From the NCBI RefSeq assembly GCF_963921235.1, contig NC_086108.1, positions 83,144,001 to 83,208,000 of the forward strand: a DNA stretch of 64,000 nt. The letters are read 5' to 3'. The translations under genes were made by a program, and so were the position numbers. Of this stretch, positions 10,137 through 22,276 are shown one piece after another; position 1 is the stretch's first letter; every line of letters starts with the position of its first letter. The notes under the pieces were generated by a model, which did no database searches, was not told where the DNA came from, and worked only from the letters and a program-made list of their open reading frames with translations. Source of the DNA: Mobula hypostoma (lineage: Eukaryota).

Positions 10137-12662
10137 TATCAATCAGAGTCTCCTCGAGATTCTAAATATATGAATGATTTTTTAGATAAGTTAGACTTCC
10201 CTCAGATTTCACAGGATATGTCTTCTTTATTAGATACTTCCATTACAATGGATGAGATTAAGAATGTTATTTTTTCTATGAATCTGGGGAAAGCTCCTGG
10301 CCCTGATGGGTTTACCGTTGAATTTTATAAATGTTTTGCTTCTTTATTGATTCCTTGGCTCTATAAGGTTTTTGAGGCTTCTTTGAAACTTGGTAAACTT
10401 CCGGAATCTTTTAATAGAGCATCAATTTCTTTAATACTAAAGAAGGATAAAGACCCTGCTCAATGTGCATCTTATAGACCAATATCTTTATTAAATGTTG
10501 ATTCTAAAGTTTTTTCTAAGTTATTAGCAAATAGACTAGAAAAAGTACTTCCTTCTATTATTTCGGAAGACCAAACGGGTTTTATTAAAGGTCGTTACTC
10601 TTTTTATAATATTCGTACATTGTTAAATATCGTTTATACTCCCTCACAAAATGTTCCTGAGTGTGTTATTTCTTTAGATGCCGAGAAAGCTTTTGATAGA
10701 GTAGAATGGCCTTATTTATTTAAGGTGCTTGAAATGTTTAATTTTAGCTTGAAATTTATATCCTGGATTAAACTGTTATATCACTCCCCTGTAGCCTCGG
10801 TTCGTACTAACTCCTTAAACTCACCTTTTTTTCCTCTCTTTCGTGGTACTCGACAAGGCTGTCCTCTTAGTCCCCTATTATTTGATATTGCATTAGAACC
10901 TCTTGCAATTGCTATTCGAGAATCTTCAAATATTACTGGGATAACTCGGGGATTAAAGTCCCATAAATTATCACTCTATGCTGATGATTTACTTTTATAT
11001 ATTTCTAATCCTGAGAGATCCATTCCTGCTGTTTTAGAGTTATTAGCACAATTTGGTCTTTTCTCAGGTTATAAATTAAATCTTAGTAAGAGTGAACTTT
11101 TTCCGATTAATAAACATCTTCCCTTATATTATAAATTTCCATTTAAATTGATTAATAATTACCTTTCATATCTTGGGATTAAAATTACTTGTAAACATAA
11201 AGATTTATTTAAGACTAACTTTTTACCATTAATAGACCACATTACTCAACTTTCATCTAAATGGTTTCCCTTATATTTAACTTTGATTGGTCGTATTAAT
11301 GCAGTTAAGATGTTTTTTTTGCCAAAATTTTTATATGTGTTTCAGGCATTACCAATTTTCGTTCCTAAATCTTTTTTTGATAAAGTTGACTCTAAAATTT
11401 CTTCATTTATTTGGCAGAATAAGAATCCGAGACTGGGTAAAATACATTTACAGAAAGCTAAGAGAGATGGAGGTTTAGCATTACCTAACTTTAGATTTTA
11501 TTATTGGGCTATTAATATTCGACATATGAAATTTTGGTTACTTGACCGGGACATACTATCTATTCCTAAATGGGTAGCATTGGAATTACAATCTGTTCAG
11601 GGTTATACACTTGGTTCTATTTTAGGTTCCTCTCTTCCTTTTGATTCGAAACGCCTTAAGCAGGTCTCTAACCCGATAGTTAAATATGCTTTGCGCATTT
11701 GGTTTCAATTCAGAAAATTTTTTGATCTTAATCAATTCGGGTTAGCGATTCCTATTTTAGGTAACATATTTTTCCCTCCCTCTTTTACGGATCGCGCTTT
11801 TCAAACTTGGAAGACTAAGGGTATTTTACGGTTTTTGGATTTATTTTTAGATGGTTCCCTTATGTCTTTTGAACAATTATCTAATAAATATAACTTATCA
11901 AGAATACATTTTTTTAGATATTTACAAGTTAGAAATTTCCTAAGTACTATACTTTCTTCCTTTCCAATACTTCCTCCTATATATATTTTAGATTCGATAA
12001 TTAACCTTAATCCATGTCAGAAAGGTGCATCGGCTATGATTTATAATATTATTATGAAACTTAGGAAAGCTCCATTTGATAAGATTAGGGTAGATTGGGA
12101 ACAGGAATTGGGGCTTACCATTTCTGTGGATGATTGGGGGCAGATTTTACAATTAGTTAATACTTCCTCTATTTGTGCTAAACATTCCCTAATTCAATTT
12201 AAAGTGGTTCATAGAGCACATATGTCCAAAGATAAGTTAGCGCGTTTTTACTCGCATATTAATCCTTTCTGTGATAGATGTTCGGGGCAGATAGCCTCTT
12301 TAACTCATATGTTTTGGTCTTGCCCCACTTTGGAAACTTTTTGGAGAGATATTTTCAATATTATTTCTAAGGTATTAAATATAGATATCTCTCCTCACCC
12401 TATTACTGCTATCTTTGGACTACCTAAAATTTCTAGTAATCTTTCCCCTTCAGCCCGTAGAATGATTGCATTTCTTACTTTAATGGCGAAAAGATGTATT
12501 TTACAATATTGGAAAGAGCTTAATGCTCCAACTACCTTTTTTTGGTTTTCTCAGACGATTTTATGTTTGAATCTGGAGAAAATTAGAAGTAACCTTTATG
12601 ATTCTTCATTTAAATTTGAACAGATTTGGGGACCTTTTATTCGATATTTTCATTTAATGTAA
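10137..12662 (+). CDS. L1 ORF2 fragment (RT + C-terminal CCHC-like region), ~840 aa with no stops, lacking the endonuclease
   Basis: KAPGPDGF, YRPISLLN, LDAEKAFDRV, GTRQGCPLSP, LYADD, YLGI, CDRC..HMFWSC within ORF 9867-12662. Confidence 0.85.
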   Translation, partial: YQSESPRDSKYMNDFLDKLDFPQISQDMSSLLDTSITMDEIKNVIFSMNLGKAPGPDGFTVEFYKCFASLLIPWLYKVFEASLKLGKLPESFNRASISLILKKDKDPAQCASYRPISLLNVDSKVFSKLLANRLEKVLPSIISEDQTGFIKGRYSFYNIRTLLNIVYTPSQNVPECVISLDAEKAFDRVEWPYLFKVLEMFNFSLKFISWIKLLYHSPVASVRTNSLNSPFFPLFRGTRQGCPLSPLLFDIALEPLAIAIRESSNITGITRGLKSHKLSLYADDLLLYISNPERSIPAVLELLAQFGLFSGYKLNLSKSELFPINKHLPLYYKFPFKLINNYLSYLGIKITCKHKDLFKTNFLPLIDHITQLSSKWFPLYLTLIGRINAVKMFFLPKFLYVFQALPIFVPKSFFDKVDSKISSFIWQNKNPRLGKIHLQKAKRDGGLALPNFRFYYWAINIRHMKFWLLDRDILSIPKWVALELQSVQGYTLGSILGSSLPFDSKRLKQVSNPIVKYALRIWFQFRKFFDLNQFGLAIPILGNIFFPPSFTDRAFQTWKTKGILRFLDLFLDGSLMSFEQLSNKYNLSRIHFFRYLQVRNFLSTILSSFPILPPIYILDSIINLNPCQKGASAMIYNIIMKLRKAPFDKIRVDWEQELGLTISVDDWGQILQLVNTSSICAKHSLIQFKVVHRAHMSKDKLARFYSHINPFCDRCSGQIASLTHMFWSCPTLETFWRDIFNIISKVLNIDISPHPITAIFGLPKISSNLSPSARRMIAFLTLMAKRCILQYWKELNAPTTFFWFSQTILCLNLEKIRSNLYDSSFKFEQIWGPFIRYFHLM

Positions 12663-13030
12663 TATTTACCCTTCTTGTTTTTTCTTCACTGTTTTAATGG
12701 AGGTCGGGATTGAGGACGTGATTTTAAGTTTAACTCTGTTTGGTTTCAAGTTAGCCCATTGCTTTGCTTTGCTTTTAGTTAGTTGCACGGTGGGTTTTTT
12801 TTTTGGGGGTTTTTTTTCTTTTTTTTCCATTGATATATATAAAATCTAGTATACTATTATGTTATCTTGGTTTCTTATGCTTAAATTACATTGTTTGTAG
12901 TATTTTCTTTTTGGTATTGTTATCTTTTGGAATTTTATTATACTTTAACATTGTATTAATGTTTATATGGCTTACCTTTTTTGTATACTTACTCAATAAA
13001 AAGATTTAAAAAGAAAGAAAGAAAAGAAAG
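10138..13030 (+). mobile_element. 5'-truncated L1-clade LINE, recent insertion
   Basis: 12-bp TSD aattcacttggt (10126-10137, 13031-13042), AATAAA at ~12996 and an A-rich (GAAA)n tail. Confidence 0.92.
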
Positions 13031-14624
13031 AATTCACTTGGTCCATTTCTGACACTTCTTTCCCCTTTCTGAATCTCCCTGTCTCCAACACAGGAGACAA
13101 ACTGTCTATCGATATCTTTTATAAACCCATCAATTCCCCTGGCTACTTGACCTTACCTCTTTCCACCTTGTCTTCTGTAAAAATGCCATTTTCTTTTCTC
13201 AGTTGTTTTGTCTCCACTGCATCTGTTCCCAGGATGAGGCTTTCATTTCCAGGACATCAGAGATGTCCTCCTTCTTCAAAGAATGGTGTTTCCCTTCTCC
13301 ATCATTGATACTGCCCTCGTCTGCATCTCCTCCATTTCCAGAACATCTGTGCTCACCCCACATTCCTGTCGCCTTAACAAGGATAGTTTTTCTCTTGTCC
13401 TCATCCACCACCCCATGAACATCCAAAACCAGAACATCATTCTCTCAAACTTCTGCCATCTTCAACAAGACCCTACCAGCAAACACATCTTTATCTCCCC
13501 CATCCCCATTGTCCACTTTCCACAAGGATTGATCCCTCCAAGATTCCTTCATCTAGACATCCCTCCCTACTAATCTCCCTCCTGGCACATCTCCCTGCAA
13601 GTGAAAGAAGTGATACACCTGCCCATTCCCCTCCTCCCTGACCTCCATTCAGGGCCCAAACAGTCCTTCCAGGTGAGGCAACACTGCACATGTGAATCTG
13701 TTAGGGTTGTCTACTGTATCTGGTACTTCGAATGCATCTGCTACATTGGTGAGACCAGACATGGATTTGGGGACCTCTTTGTTGAGCTCCTTAACTCCAT
13801 TCACAAAAAGCAGAGTTTCCCAGTGGCCAACCATTTAAATTCCTATCGTTTTCCCATTCTGACAGGCTGATCCATGGCCTCCTCTTCTGCCATGATGAGG
13901 CCTTTCCCAGGTTGGAGGAGCAACACATTATATTCTGTCTTGGTAGCCACCAAACTAATGGCATAAACATTGATTTCTCTGTTTTCCAGGATTTTTCCCC
14001 CACTCTGGCCTCTTACTTCTTCACCTCACTTGTCTATCACCTCCCCTGGTTCCCTTCCTCCTTCCCTTTCTCCCATGATCCACTCTCCTCTCCTATCAGG
14101 TTCCTTCTTCTCCAGCCCTTTGCCTTTTCCATTTATCACCTCCTAGCCTCTTACTTCATCCCCCCTCCCTCATCCACCTACTAGTTAATCCTCCTCCCCT
14201 CCCCCCACCTTCTTATTCTGGCTTCTTCCCTCTCCCTTTCAAGTCTCAACCCAAAATGTCGACTGCTCATTCATTTCCATAGATGCTGCCTGATCTGCTG
14301 TGTTTCTCCAGCATTTTGTGCGTGTTGTTTGGACTTCCAGCCTCTGCAGGGTCTCTGGTGTTTATTATTTCACAATTATAATATTATTATACGAAATGTT
14401 TTGGAGCATTAATGATGATATGAGTGACAAACATGAGCATTTTGTGAGTGTTGCTTTGACATGGACCCTAATACACCACACAAAATACTATAGCATCAAT
14501 AATACAATCTTAGACAAAAATGAACAAGATTTCCCTTCATAGTGCATATACTGTCAGTAGAATTGGGAATGGCAATGAATGAAAACATGAGGATTTGAGG
14601 CTGTAGCTGCTTTACAGGTCTTAC

Positions 14625-14693
14625 CAAGAAACGGTAGAACATGATTGTATTCCATCCACGTCCGGATAAAGGGAAATATGGAAATGGTCAAAC
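14625..14693 (-). CDS. Putative coding exon 2 (G-LTISIFPFIRTWMEYNHVLPFL-G)
   Basis: Acceptor ctttattctccag| and donor TTG|gtaaga. 69 nt, phase 1-1, no stop. It continues the hydrophobic segment begun in exon 1. Confidence 0.78.
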
Positions 14694-15129
14694 CTGGAGA
14701 ATAAAGACATTGACAGATCGAGTTAGCTAATTTAAAAAGTGTGATCTTGTAATTAGCTTTATCAAGCATTGTCAATGTTACACACAGTGTTCCTGAAACA
14801 TTGCCCGTTGCTTGTACTTGTTCTCTGTATCATGGGGATTTTTGAATTTTACTTAACTTGCAACAATATTTATGAATAGAGTTTTCGTGAACTGCAGGAA
14901 CAGGTGAATGTGTTAGGATCCTTTTTCCCTTTCTTGTTCCATCAACCTTTTTCTCCCCACACCGTTCCTGCAATTTTATTTGCCATGATGTAGGTGCTTT
15001 TCTCCCTCCATTAGAATCATGCAGATCGGTAGCTTACTGGAATTGTAGAACAAATTCAATGCCTGTATTTGTCAAGATGTGGCTATAAAATTCAACACTG
15101 CCCTCAATGCATCATCACAGCCTTTGTCT

Positions 15130-16570
15130 CTATTGTGAATAAAAGATACTTGATTAAGACAGTATAGCCAGCCCAAAACTTGTGGTCTTCAGGGGAACAA
15201 TGCTTCCTGTCCTCCTCAGACCTGGCCCGTCTACATTAAGCACCTCAAGGAAGTGGAAAGATACCACGAATGCTGTCTCAGATACATTCTACGAGCTTTT
15301 CACAGGACAACAACCAATGAGAGCAGCTTCAGTATTGAGACCTTAGTTACATACAGTCAATTCTATTGTGCAGACCAGGTCATTCACATGAATTGAATTG
15401 AATTGACTTTATTACTTACACCCTTCACATACATGAGGAGTAATAATTTTACGTTACTTTTCCATCTAAATGTGCAATGTGCAATTTATAGTAATTTGTA
15501 ATAGATTGTATGTACAACAGGACAGTCAATATAGCATAGAAATACAATTGTATCAGCGTGAATTAATCAATCAGATGGCATGGTGGAAGAAGCTGTCCCG
15601 GAGCCTGTTGGTCCTGGCTTTTATGCTGCAGTACTATTTCCTGGATGGTAGCAGCTGGAACAATTTGTGGTCGGGGCGACTTGGTTCCCCAACGATCCTT
15701 CAGGCCCTTTTTATGCACCTGTCTTTGTAAATGTCCTGGATAGTGGGAAGTTCACATCTACAGATGTGCTGGGCTGTCCGCACCACTCTCTGCAGAGTCC
15801 TGCGATTGAGGGAAGTACAGTTCCCATACCAGGCAGTGATGCAGCCAGTCAGGATGCTCTCAATTGTGCCCCTGTAGAAAGTCCTCAGGATTTGGGGACC
15901 CATACCAAACTTCTACAACTGTCTGAGGTGAAAGAGGCGCTGTTATGCTTTTGTCACCACATGGCCGATACGTACAGACCACATGAGATCCTCGGTGAGG
16001 TGTATGCCAAGGGACTTAAAGCTGTTCACCCTCTCAACCCCAGATCCCTTGATGTTAATAGGGGTTAGCCTGTCTCCATTCCTCTTGTAGTCCACAACCA
16101 GCTCCTTTGTTTTTGCGACATTGAGGAAGAGGTTGTTTTCTTGACACCACAGTGTCAGGGTGATGACTTCTTCTCTGTAGGCTGCCTCATTAATATTTGA
16201 GATAAGGTCAATCAATGTAGTATCATCAGCAATTAGCAGATTGGAGCTGTGGGTGGCAACACAGTCATGGGTATACAGAAGAGTAAAGGAGAGGGCTTAA
16301 GACACAGCCCTGAGGGGCAGCTCTGTTGAGAGTCAAAGGGGTGGAGGTGACGAAAAGTCTTAAACGTGAATTTGAATCCATGCATCAGACCACACAGAAA
16401 CCTTGCGCGGAGTGGGAGGAGCATACTGCCTCTCAACACTACCCATCTGGCCACCCTACCAGTCATCTCCTGCCAACCCTGTAGTTCCCATATTTGCCAC
16501 ATCAGTCAGCAATAACCCATAGGTGGTCACGCAAAAGTAGTCCCTCATCCCAGGAGCCTGCTTAAGCAAG
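15130..16570 (+). mobile_element. Very degenerate RTE-like LINE 3' fragments (15130-15390, 16350-16570) split by Rex1
   Basis: HLKEVERYHECCLR at ~15241 resembles the RTE RT C-terminus. Confidence 0.4.
15390..16350 (-). mobile_element. Rex1/Babar-type LINE 3' fragment
   Basis: YREEV..L.LWCQENNL.LNVAKTKELVVD, FYRGTIESILTGCITAWYGNC; (CAATT)n tail at 15390-15405. Confidence 0.85.
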
Positions 16571-17814
16571 TTTTTTAAAAAAACAGGAGCACTGCTGAAT
16601 TTATGGTATTTTGACTGTTTTCACCATTCTTTTGAAATGATGAGGCAGTTAACGGAATCCCTCCTGCTTTTTCAAGTAGCAGTAAAGATCCTACGGCACC
16701 ATGTCCTAAGAAAAGCAGGTGGGGGGTGGTGGTGTGGCATGGTTAATGCAAGAGACCTTGCTAGGTAAAAGTTTATCTACTCATTGTCGTATAACTGTTT
16801 ATAGGGATTTGCCATGGCAACACCAGCTGCCCCGTTTCCTTCTTTTGGACAGTAACTTTGCTTCAAAAAGTAGCTGGACAGCTGTAAAATGCTTTTGGAT
16901 CCCCTGCAGTTGTTAAAAACGCTATAAACTGTAAATAATCTTTTTTTTCCTTTTAAAGTAATTAACTAGAATATTTCCTCCTCCAAGAAACAAATGGAAA
17001 CTGACTGAGTAGGACAAATCAGAGAGCTTGTTAACTAATCACTTCAATATTCTTACAGATAGTAAATTTGGTGCAAACACAGATCCTCTGGAAATGTAAT
17101 CATGTTAAGCATAGCTAATGCAGTGGCATATGTTTATTACATTCAAAAAAATGTCTATGTTGTTTATGGCAGACTTGTCATTCTGTACCTTATAAATAAT
17201 GCAAGCCACTTTTTATCCAAAGGGCGATTCCACTGAACTTTTCACTAGCAATCAACAATACAGCCCTATCCACCCACTGTAGCTTATGGAGCCCCTGACC
17301 TAACGATGTTAATCAGTCATCACACTGCTCCCACACTCAGTCATCCATTCTAATTACAAATCCAGGGCCAGCATATATTATTTAGTGTTTGAGCTTATCT
17401 ATACTAATCAGTAAATGTAGCTCCAGTCTCCACTAATTAGTAGCTCCAGTCCTCTTGTCATTCAAAACAACATCCTTGATCAGCCAAATTCAAGGGAGTT
17501 GTAATTTGAAAACCTGACCTGTCTAATGCCAGTCATAAAATTAATACCATAGAAGTCAGACGCGGGGAGTAGCGATCGGAGGCACCTTGCAGGCTGTCAT
17601 TCTAAATCCGTGCCTGCCTTTGATGGGTCTTAGACCAAAGAAAGATGATGAATACCTTTCATCTTTTCTTTATACCTCCTGAAGGAATCTTCAAATGTAT
17701 TTCTAGCGTAAGGCCTGATACAGAGCCTACGCTTATAAAGCAGGAATTCTAGGGCCCAGCAGACAGTAACAACCATAGTGCAGAGCACCCACACTCTGTC
17801 TGCAACGGCCATCT

Positions 17815-18235
17815 TGTGCTTTCAGTTACATGTCATTTCAGCCCTTCCTCGTTCCCCATTCTCTTGTTGCCCTTAGCCTTCTCCACTGCCACTATGAGCC
17901 CAAGACACAAACTAGAATACCTTATATTCCACATGATTACCTACAATTTAATTACCTATATGAATATTAAATTTCCCAAGGTCAGTAAGCCACTAGTTCC
18001 CTCTTCCTTTGGTCACCTTCTCCATCCTATCCCCATTAACAAAGCCAATTACCCTGCCCCACCCGGTTCCATCTGCTATCCACATAGGTTTCTTTGGCCT
18101 GAGCTCACTTTTCCTGTCCCTTCAAGCATTTGTACCTGGTTCCAGCTGCCCATCATCCCATCTGGTTCCTGCTATCACCCATCCCTGTCATTTTGATATA
18201 CGAGTTATTCACCCTCTGCACTCTCAGTCCTGAAA
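17815..18235 (+). mobile_element. Degenerate PLE 3' fragment
   Basis: Weak similarity to the GIY-YIG C-terminus (KLEYLIF...MNIKF) followed by a pyrimidine-rich repeat. Confidence 0.45.
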
Positions 18236-18469
18236 AATGCTGCCAAGGTAGCACATGTCTCATCCAGAAAACACGCGCTCTAATTGGTGTTCAGGTGTTC
18301 TAAAAGTTCAATCATTTAAATGTAATATCACCGTACTGTTTTACTTATGAATTATATGTTAACACAGAGCACCCCTATACAAACAGAAGTTTTCCTGGGT
18401 CATAATTCCCAATGCATGTCAGCATATTAAAACTTTTCTACGTAATAGATTCTGTGTTTAAAATGCACA

Positions 18470-18655
18470 AGAGATTATGCAAACATTGGAAATCTTGAGC
18501 AACACACACAATTTGCTGGAGAAACTCAGCAAGTCAGGCAGCATCTGTGGACTGTCTCGATGAAGGGTCTCAGCCCGAAACATCGACAGTTTATTTCCCT
18601 CCATGGGTGCTGCCTGACTTGCCAAGTTCCTCCATCATTCTGAGTATGTTGCTGC
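18470..18655. mobile_element. Older palindromic PLE terminal-repeat mini-element with degenerate hammerhead
   Basis: gcaacacacac..tgctgga..aactcagca..caggcagcatc and its reverse complement flank tcgatgaagggtctcagcccgaaacatcgac. Confidence 0.7.
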
Positions 18656-18703
18656 CTTCAAAAGGTACCTCATTGGGCACAATGCTAACTGGTCATTCAG
18701 GGA

Positions 18704-20003
18704 TGTTTCCATCCAGGGGGTCAGTGTGGACATGGTGCAGGATTACAAATACCTGGGGATATGAATTGACAATAAACTGGACTGGTTAAAGAACACTGAG
18801 GCTGTCTGCAAGAAGGGTCAGAGCCGTCTTTATTTCCTGAGGAGATTGAGGTCCTTTAACATCTGTCGGACGATGCTGAAGATGTTCTACGAGTTTGTGG
18901 TGGCCAGTGCGATCATGTTTGCTGTTGTGTGCTGGGGCAGCAGGCTGAGGGTAGCAAACACCAACAGAATTAACAAACTCATTCGTAAGGCCAGTGATGT
19001 TGTGGGGATGGAACTGGACCCTCTGATGGTGGTGTCTGAAAAAAGGATGCTGTCCAAGTTGCATGCCATCTTGGACAATGTCTCCCATCCACTACCTAAT
19101 GGACTGGTTGGGCACAGGAGTACATTCAGCCAGAGACTCATTCCACCGAGATGCAACACTGAGCGTCATAGGAAGTCATTCCTGCCTGTGGCCATCAAAC
19201 TTTACAACTCCTCCCTTGGAGGGTCAGACACCCTGAGCCAATAGGCTGGTCCTGGACTTATTTCCTGGCATAATTTAAATATTACTATTTAATTATTTAT
19301 TGTTTTATTACTATCTAATTATGGCGGGAGGAGAAGATGGCAGTGCACCGCACATGCGCAGCTCTCCGGTGAAAATGATATTGTATCTGTTAAATAGGGG
19401 CCGTGGACAATTCTGATTTGATGGAGAATGGAAGTGAAAGCACAGAGGAACATCTGGAGAAATTTCTGAAATGCCCGTTCGCTGCTGTCATTACTGTGTG
19501 GTCGGGAATCTTTCGGAGGGTAGGCCTCAAAATTCCCGGCCTTGCCTGCTTTTGGCGAACGAGAAGGAGGTCAAATCGTTCGGACAGAGATGGCGCTCAG
19601 TACTCGGTGTCGGAGAGCTGATCAGAGCTCGAAGTTTTCAGATGACTCAGAGTCGGATTGTGGTCGGCAGGGCAGGGAGAGTTTTTCTTCCTTCTCCCAT
19701 CTGCGTGAGATGTGGGACATTTGAGAAACTTTGAACTTTACTGTGCTCACGGACTTCTTCATCAAGTTATGGCATTACACTGTTTGTAACTATATATTAT
19801 AATTATGTAGTTTTGTCGGTTTTTTCAGTCTTGGTTTGTCCACCCGGAGGAAATAATGTATCATTTCTTAATGCATGCATTACTAAATGACAATAAAAGA
19901 GGACTACGTGTCTTCATAATCATCATTTTTATGGTACAACTGTAACGAAAACCAATTTTCCTTGGGATCAATAAAGTATGACTATGACTATGACTATGAC
20001 TAT
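18704..20003 (+). mobile_element. Rex1/Babar-type LINE 3' fragment with (ATGACT)n tail, interrupted at 19324-19926
   Basis: YKYLG..IDNKLDW, KKGQSRLYFLRRLRSF, SFLPVAIKLYN. Confidence 0.85.
19324..19926 (+). mobile_element. Non-autonomous ~600-bp retroposon, copy 1
   Basis: Starts gcgggaggagaagatggc and ends aataaaagaggactacgtgtcttcataatcatcat. Near-identical to 60732-61324. Confidence 0.8.
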
Positions 20004-20104
20004 GGAGCTTTATCCAGAGAACATTTAATCTCTGAAGTTCTCTACCAAAGAGGCTTAATTGTTATAATTAATTTTAATTAGTTAATTAATTATATTTAAT
20101 TGTT

Positions 20105-20985
20105 ATAGTCATAGTCATAGTCATACTTTATTGATCCCGGGGGAAATTGGTTTTCATTACAGTTGCACCATAAATAATAAATAGTAATAGAACCATAAAT
20201 AGTTAAATAGTAATATGTAAATTACACCAGTAAATTATGAAATGTCCAGGACCAGCCTATTGGCTCGGGGTGTCTGACCCTCCAAGGGAGGAGTTGTAAA
20301 GTTTGATAGCCACAGGCAGGAATGACTTCCTATGACACTCTGTGTTGCATCTCGGTGGAATGAGTCTCTGGCTGAATGTACTCCTGTACCCACCCAGTAC
20401 ATTATGTAGTGGATGGGAGACATTGACCAAGATAGCATGCAACTTAGACTGCATCCTCTTTTCAGACACCACTGTGAGAGAGTCCAGTTCCATCCCCACA
20501 ACATCACTGGCCTTACGAATGAGTTTGCTGATTCTATTGGTTTCTGCTACCCTCAGCCTGCTGCCTCAGCACACAACAGCAAACATGATAGCACTGGCCA
20601 CCACAGCATTGTCCGGCAGATGTTAAAGGACCTCAGTCTCCTCAGGAAATAGAGACGGCTCTGTCCCTTCTTGTAGACAGCCTCAGTGTTCTTTGACCTG
20701 TCCAGTTTATTGTCAATTCGTATCCCCAGGTATTTGTAATCCTCCACCATGTCCACACTGACCCCCTGGATGGAAACAGGGGTCACCGGTACCTTAGCTC
20801 TCCTCAGGTCTACCACCAGCTCCTTAGTCTTTTTCACATTAAGCTGCAGATAATTCTGCTCACACCATGTGACAAAATTTCCTACCGTAGCCCTGTACTC
20901 AGCCTCATCTCCTTGCTGATGTATCCAACTATGGCAGAGTCATCCGGAAACTTCTGAGGATGACAAGACTCTGTGCAGTTGTTGA
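20105..20985 (-). mobile_element. Rex1/Babar-type LINE 3' fragment, same subfamily as 18704-20003, tail-to-tail
   Basis: KFPDDSAIVG, KKTKELVVDLRR; (AGTCAT)n at 20105-20125. Confidence 0.88.
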
Positions 20986-21459
20986 GAATATTCAAAACAG
21001 AGATCAATAGGTCTTGGAGTAGTTAGAATAGTTAGAGAATAGGATGGTATGTCTAATATAACAAAACAGGATATTCAGTCCATTGAGATCGGGAATGAGA
21101 TGCCAAAGTAAAATATCAACCTTGACCTTATTAAATGGCAAAGCAGGTACAAAAGCCAAGTGACACCCCCATGTTTCTGTTAATTATGTACTTTAACATA
21201 TCTTGAAAGATCCAGAGGTTGAGGAAGTTCCTATTCAATCAGTTGCTCCTCAAATATCCTAAATGTAGGACAGCTTCTTCACAAAGTATATGTTACAGTT
21301 GGTTTATATATTGGTTCTATTCCTCGTGGACAAAGTTTGACTATCCAGTGTGAAGTGAAAGTGGAGTGAGGTGTTGCCAAGTAGCAAGTCAGACTCCAGC
21401 TCGGAAAGGGTGAACATCGTTTTTGCATTCTGACCCTGGTCTCAGATACTGGACCAATC

Positions 21460-21680
21460 ACAAACAAGACAAGATCTGCAGCTGCTGGAAATCCAAGCAA
21501 CACACACAAAATGCTGGAGGAACTCAGCAGGCCAGGCAGCATCTACAGAAAAGAGTACAGTCGTGCCAAGACCCTTCAACAGACGACCATCAGATGAAGG
21601 GTCTTGGCCTGGAATGTCAACTGTATTCTTCCATAGATGCTGCCTTTCCTGCTGAGTTCCTCCAGCATTTTGTGTGTGCT
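21460..21680. mobile_element. Palindromic PLE terminal-repeat mini-element, degenerate
   Basis: cacacacaaaatgctggaggaactcagcagg...cctgctgagttcctccagcattttgtgtgtg, with a central gatgaagggtcttggcctggaa. Confidence 0.75.
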
Positions 21681-21849
21681 CCTCAGATATTGGGACAAGT
21701 TTAAATACTACTATGATTTTTTTTAACGTACACTGCTGTAGACCTTTCTCCTTATTCCCTGGAATATTGGTCAGAAAATCAGAAATCATGTCCTATATGC
21801 TCCCTAAGGATTTCAGTCCATTCAAACTGAGAGAGAAGTTCTGCTCTCA

Positions 21850-22220
21850 GTTTATTCAAAGTTCAACATGAACCTTGACATTCATTTTCTTGCAGGCAGT
21901 TACAAAGAAAGAAGAAATACAGTAGAATTTTACAAAAAAAAACAGGCAAAGACTGACAAACACCAATGTGCAAAAGAAGATAAAGTGTGGAAATAAAGTT
22001 CATACTGAGAACATGAATTGTCAAGAGTCTCTGAAAGAGAGTCTGTAGATCACAGAATCAGTTCAGAGTAGTGGTGAATAAAGTTATTCACACAGGTTCA
22101 AGAGCCTAATGGTTATTGGATAATAACTGTTCCTGAAGCTGGCGGTGTGGGATCTAAGTCTTCTGTGCTTCCTGACTGATGGTAGTAGCGAGAAGAGGAC
22201 AAGGACTGGAAGGCCTTTGA
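21850..22220 (-). mobile_element. Rex1-type 3' end remnant
   Basis: aactgttcctgaa...cttctgt..ttcctgactgatggtag, similar to the Rex1 ends at ~15600 and ~63630. Confidence 0.5.
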
Positions 22221-22276
22221 CTCAGGAGCTTCGACTATGCAGCAAAATGATGAAGTATTATAAAAAGTTAGAGAGG

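Larger units (their letters stand above)
9885..14362 (+). mobile_element. Penelope-like element (RT C-half, GIY-YIG, terminal repeat), pseudogenised and interrupted by L1
   Basis: PMGTCMDPSYA RT motif at ~9925. NFHPARKFTW|SISDTSFPFL is continuous across the L1. YCIW...YIGET at ~13710. Terminal repeat at ~14000-14362. Confidence 0.85.

Noticed and set aside
9867..12662. 931-aa ORF as a host gene or a novel RT system
   Set aside because: Explained by a TSD-flanked, 5'-truncated L1 in a dead PLE; the N-terminal 90 aa are not L1.
18551..18590. Apparent compensatory stem I (actgtc/gacagt) around a hammerhead
   Set aside because: The complementarity can arise from the element's inverted arms, and the core is mutated (TCGATGA, ACATC).
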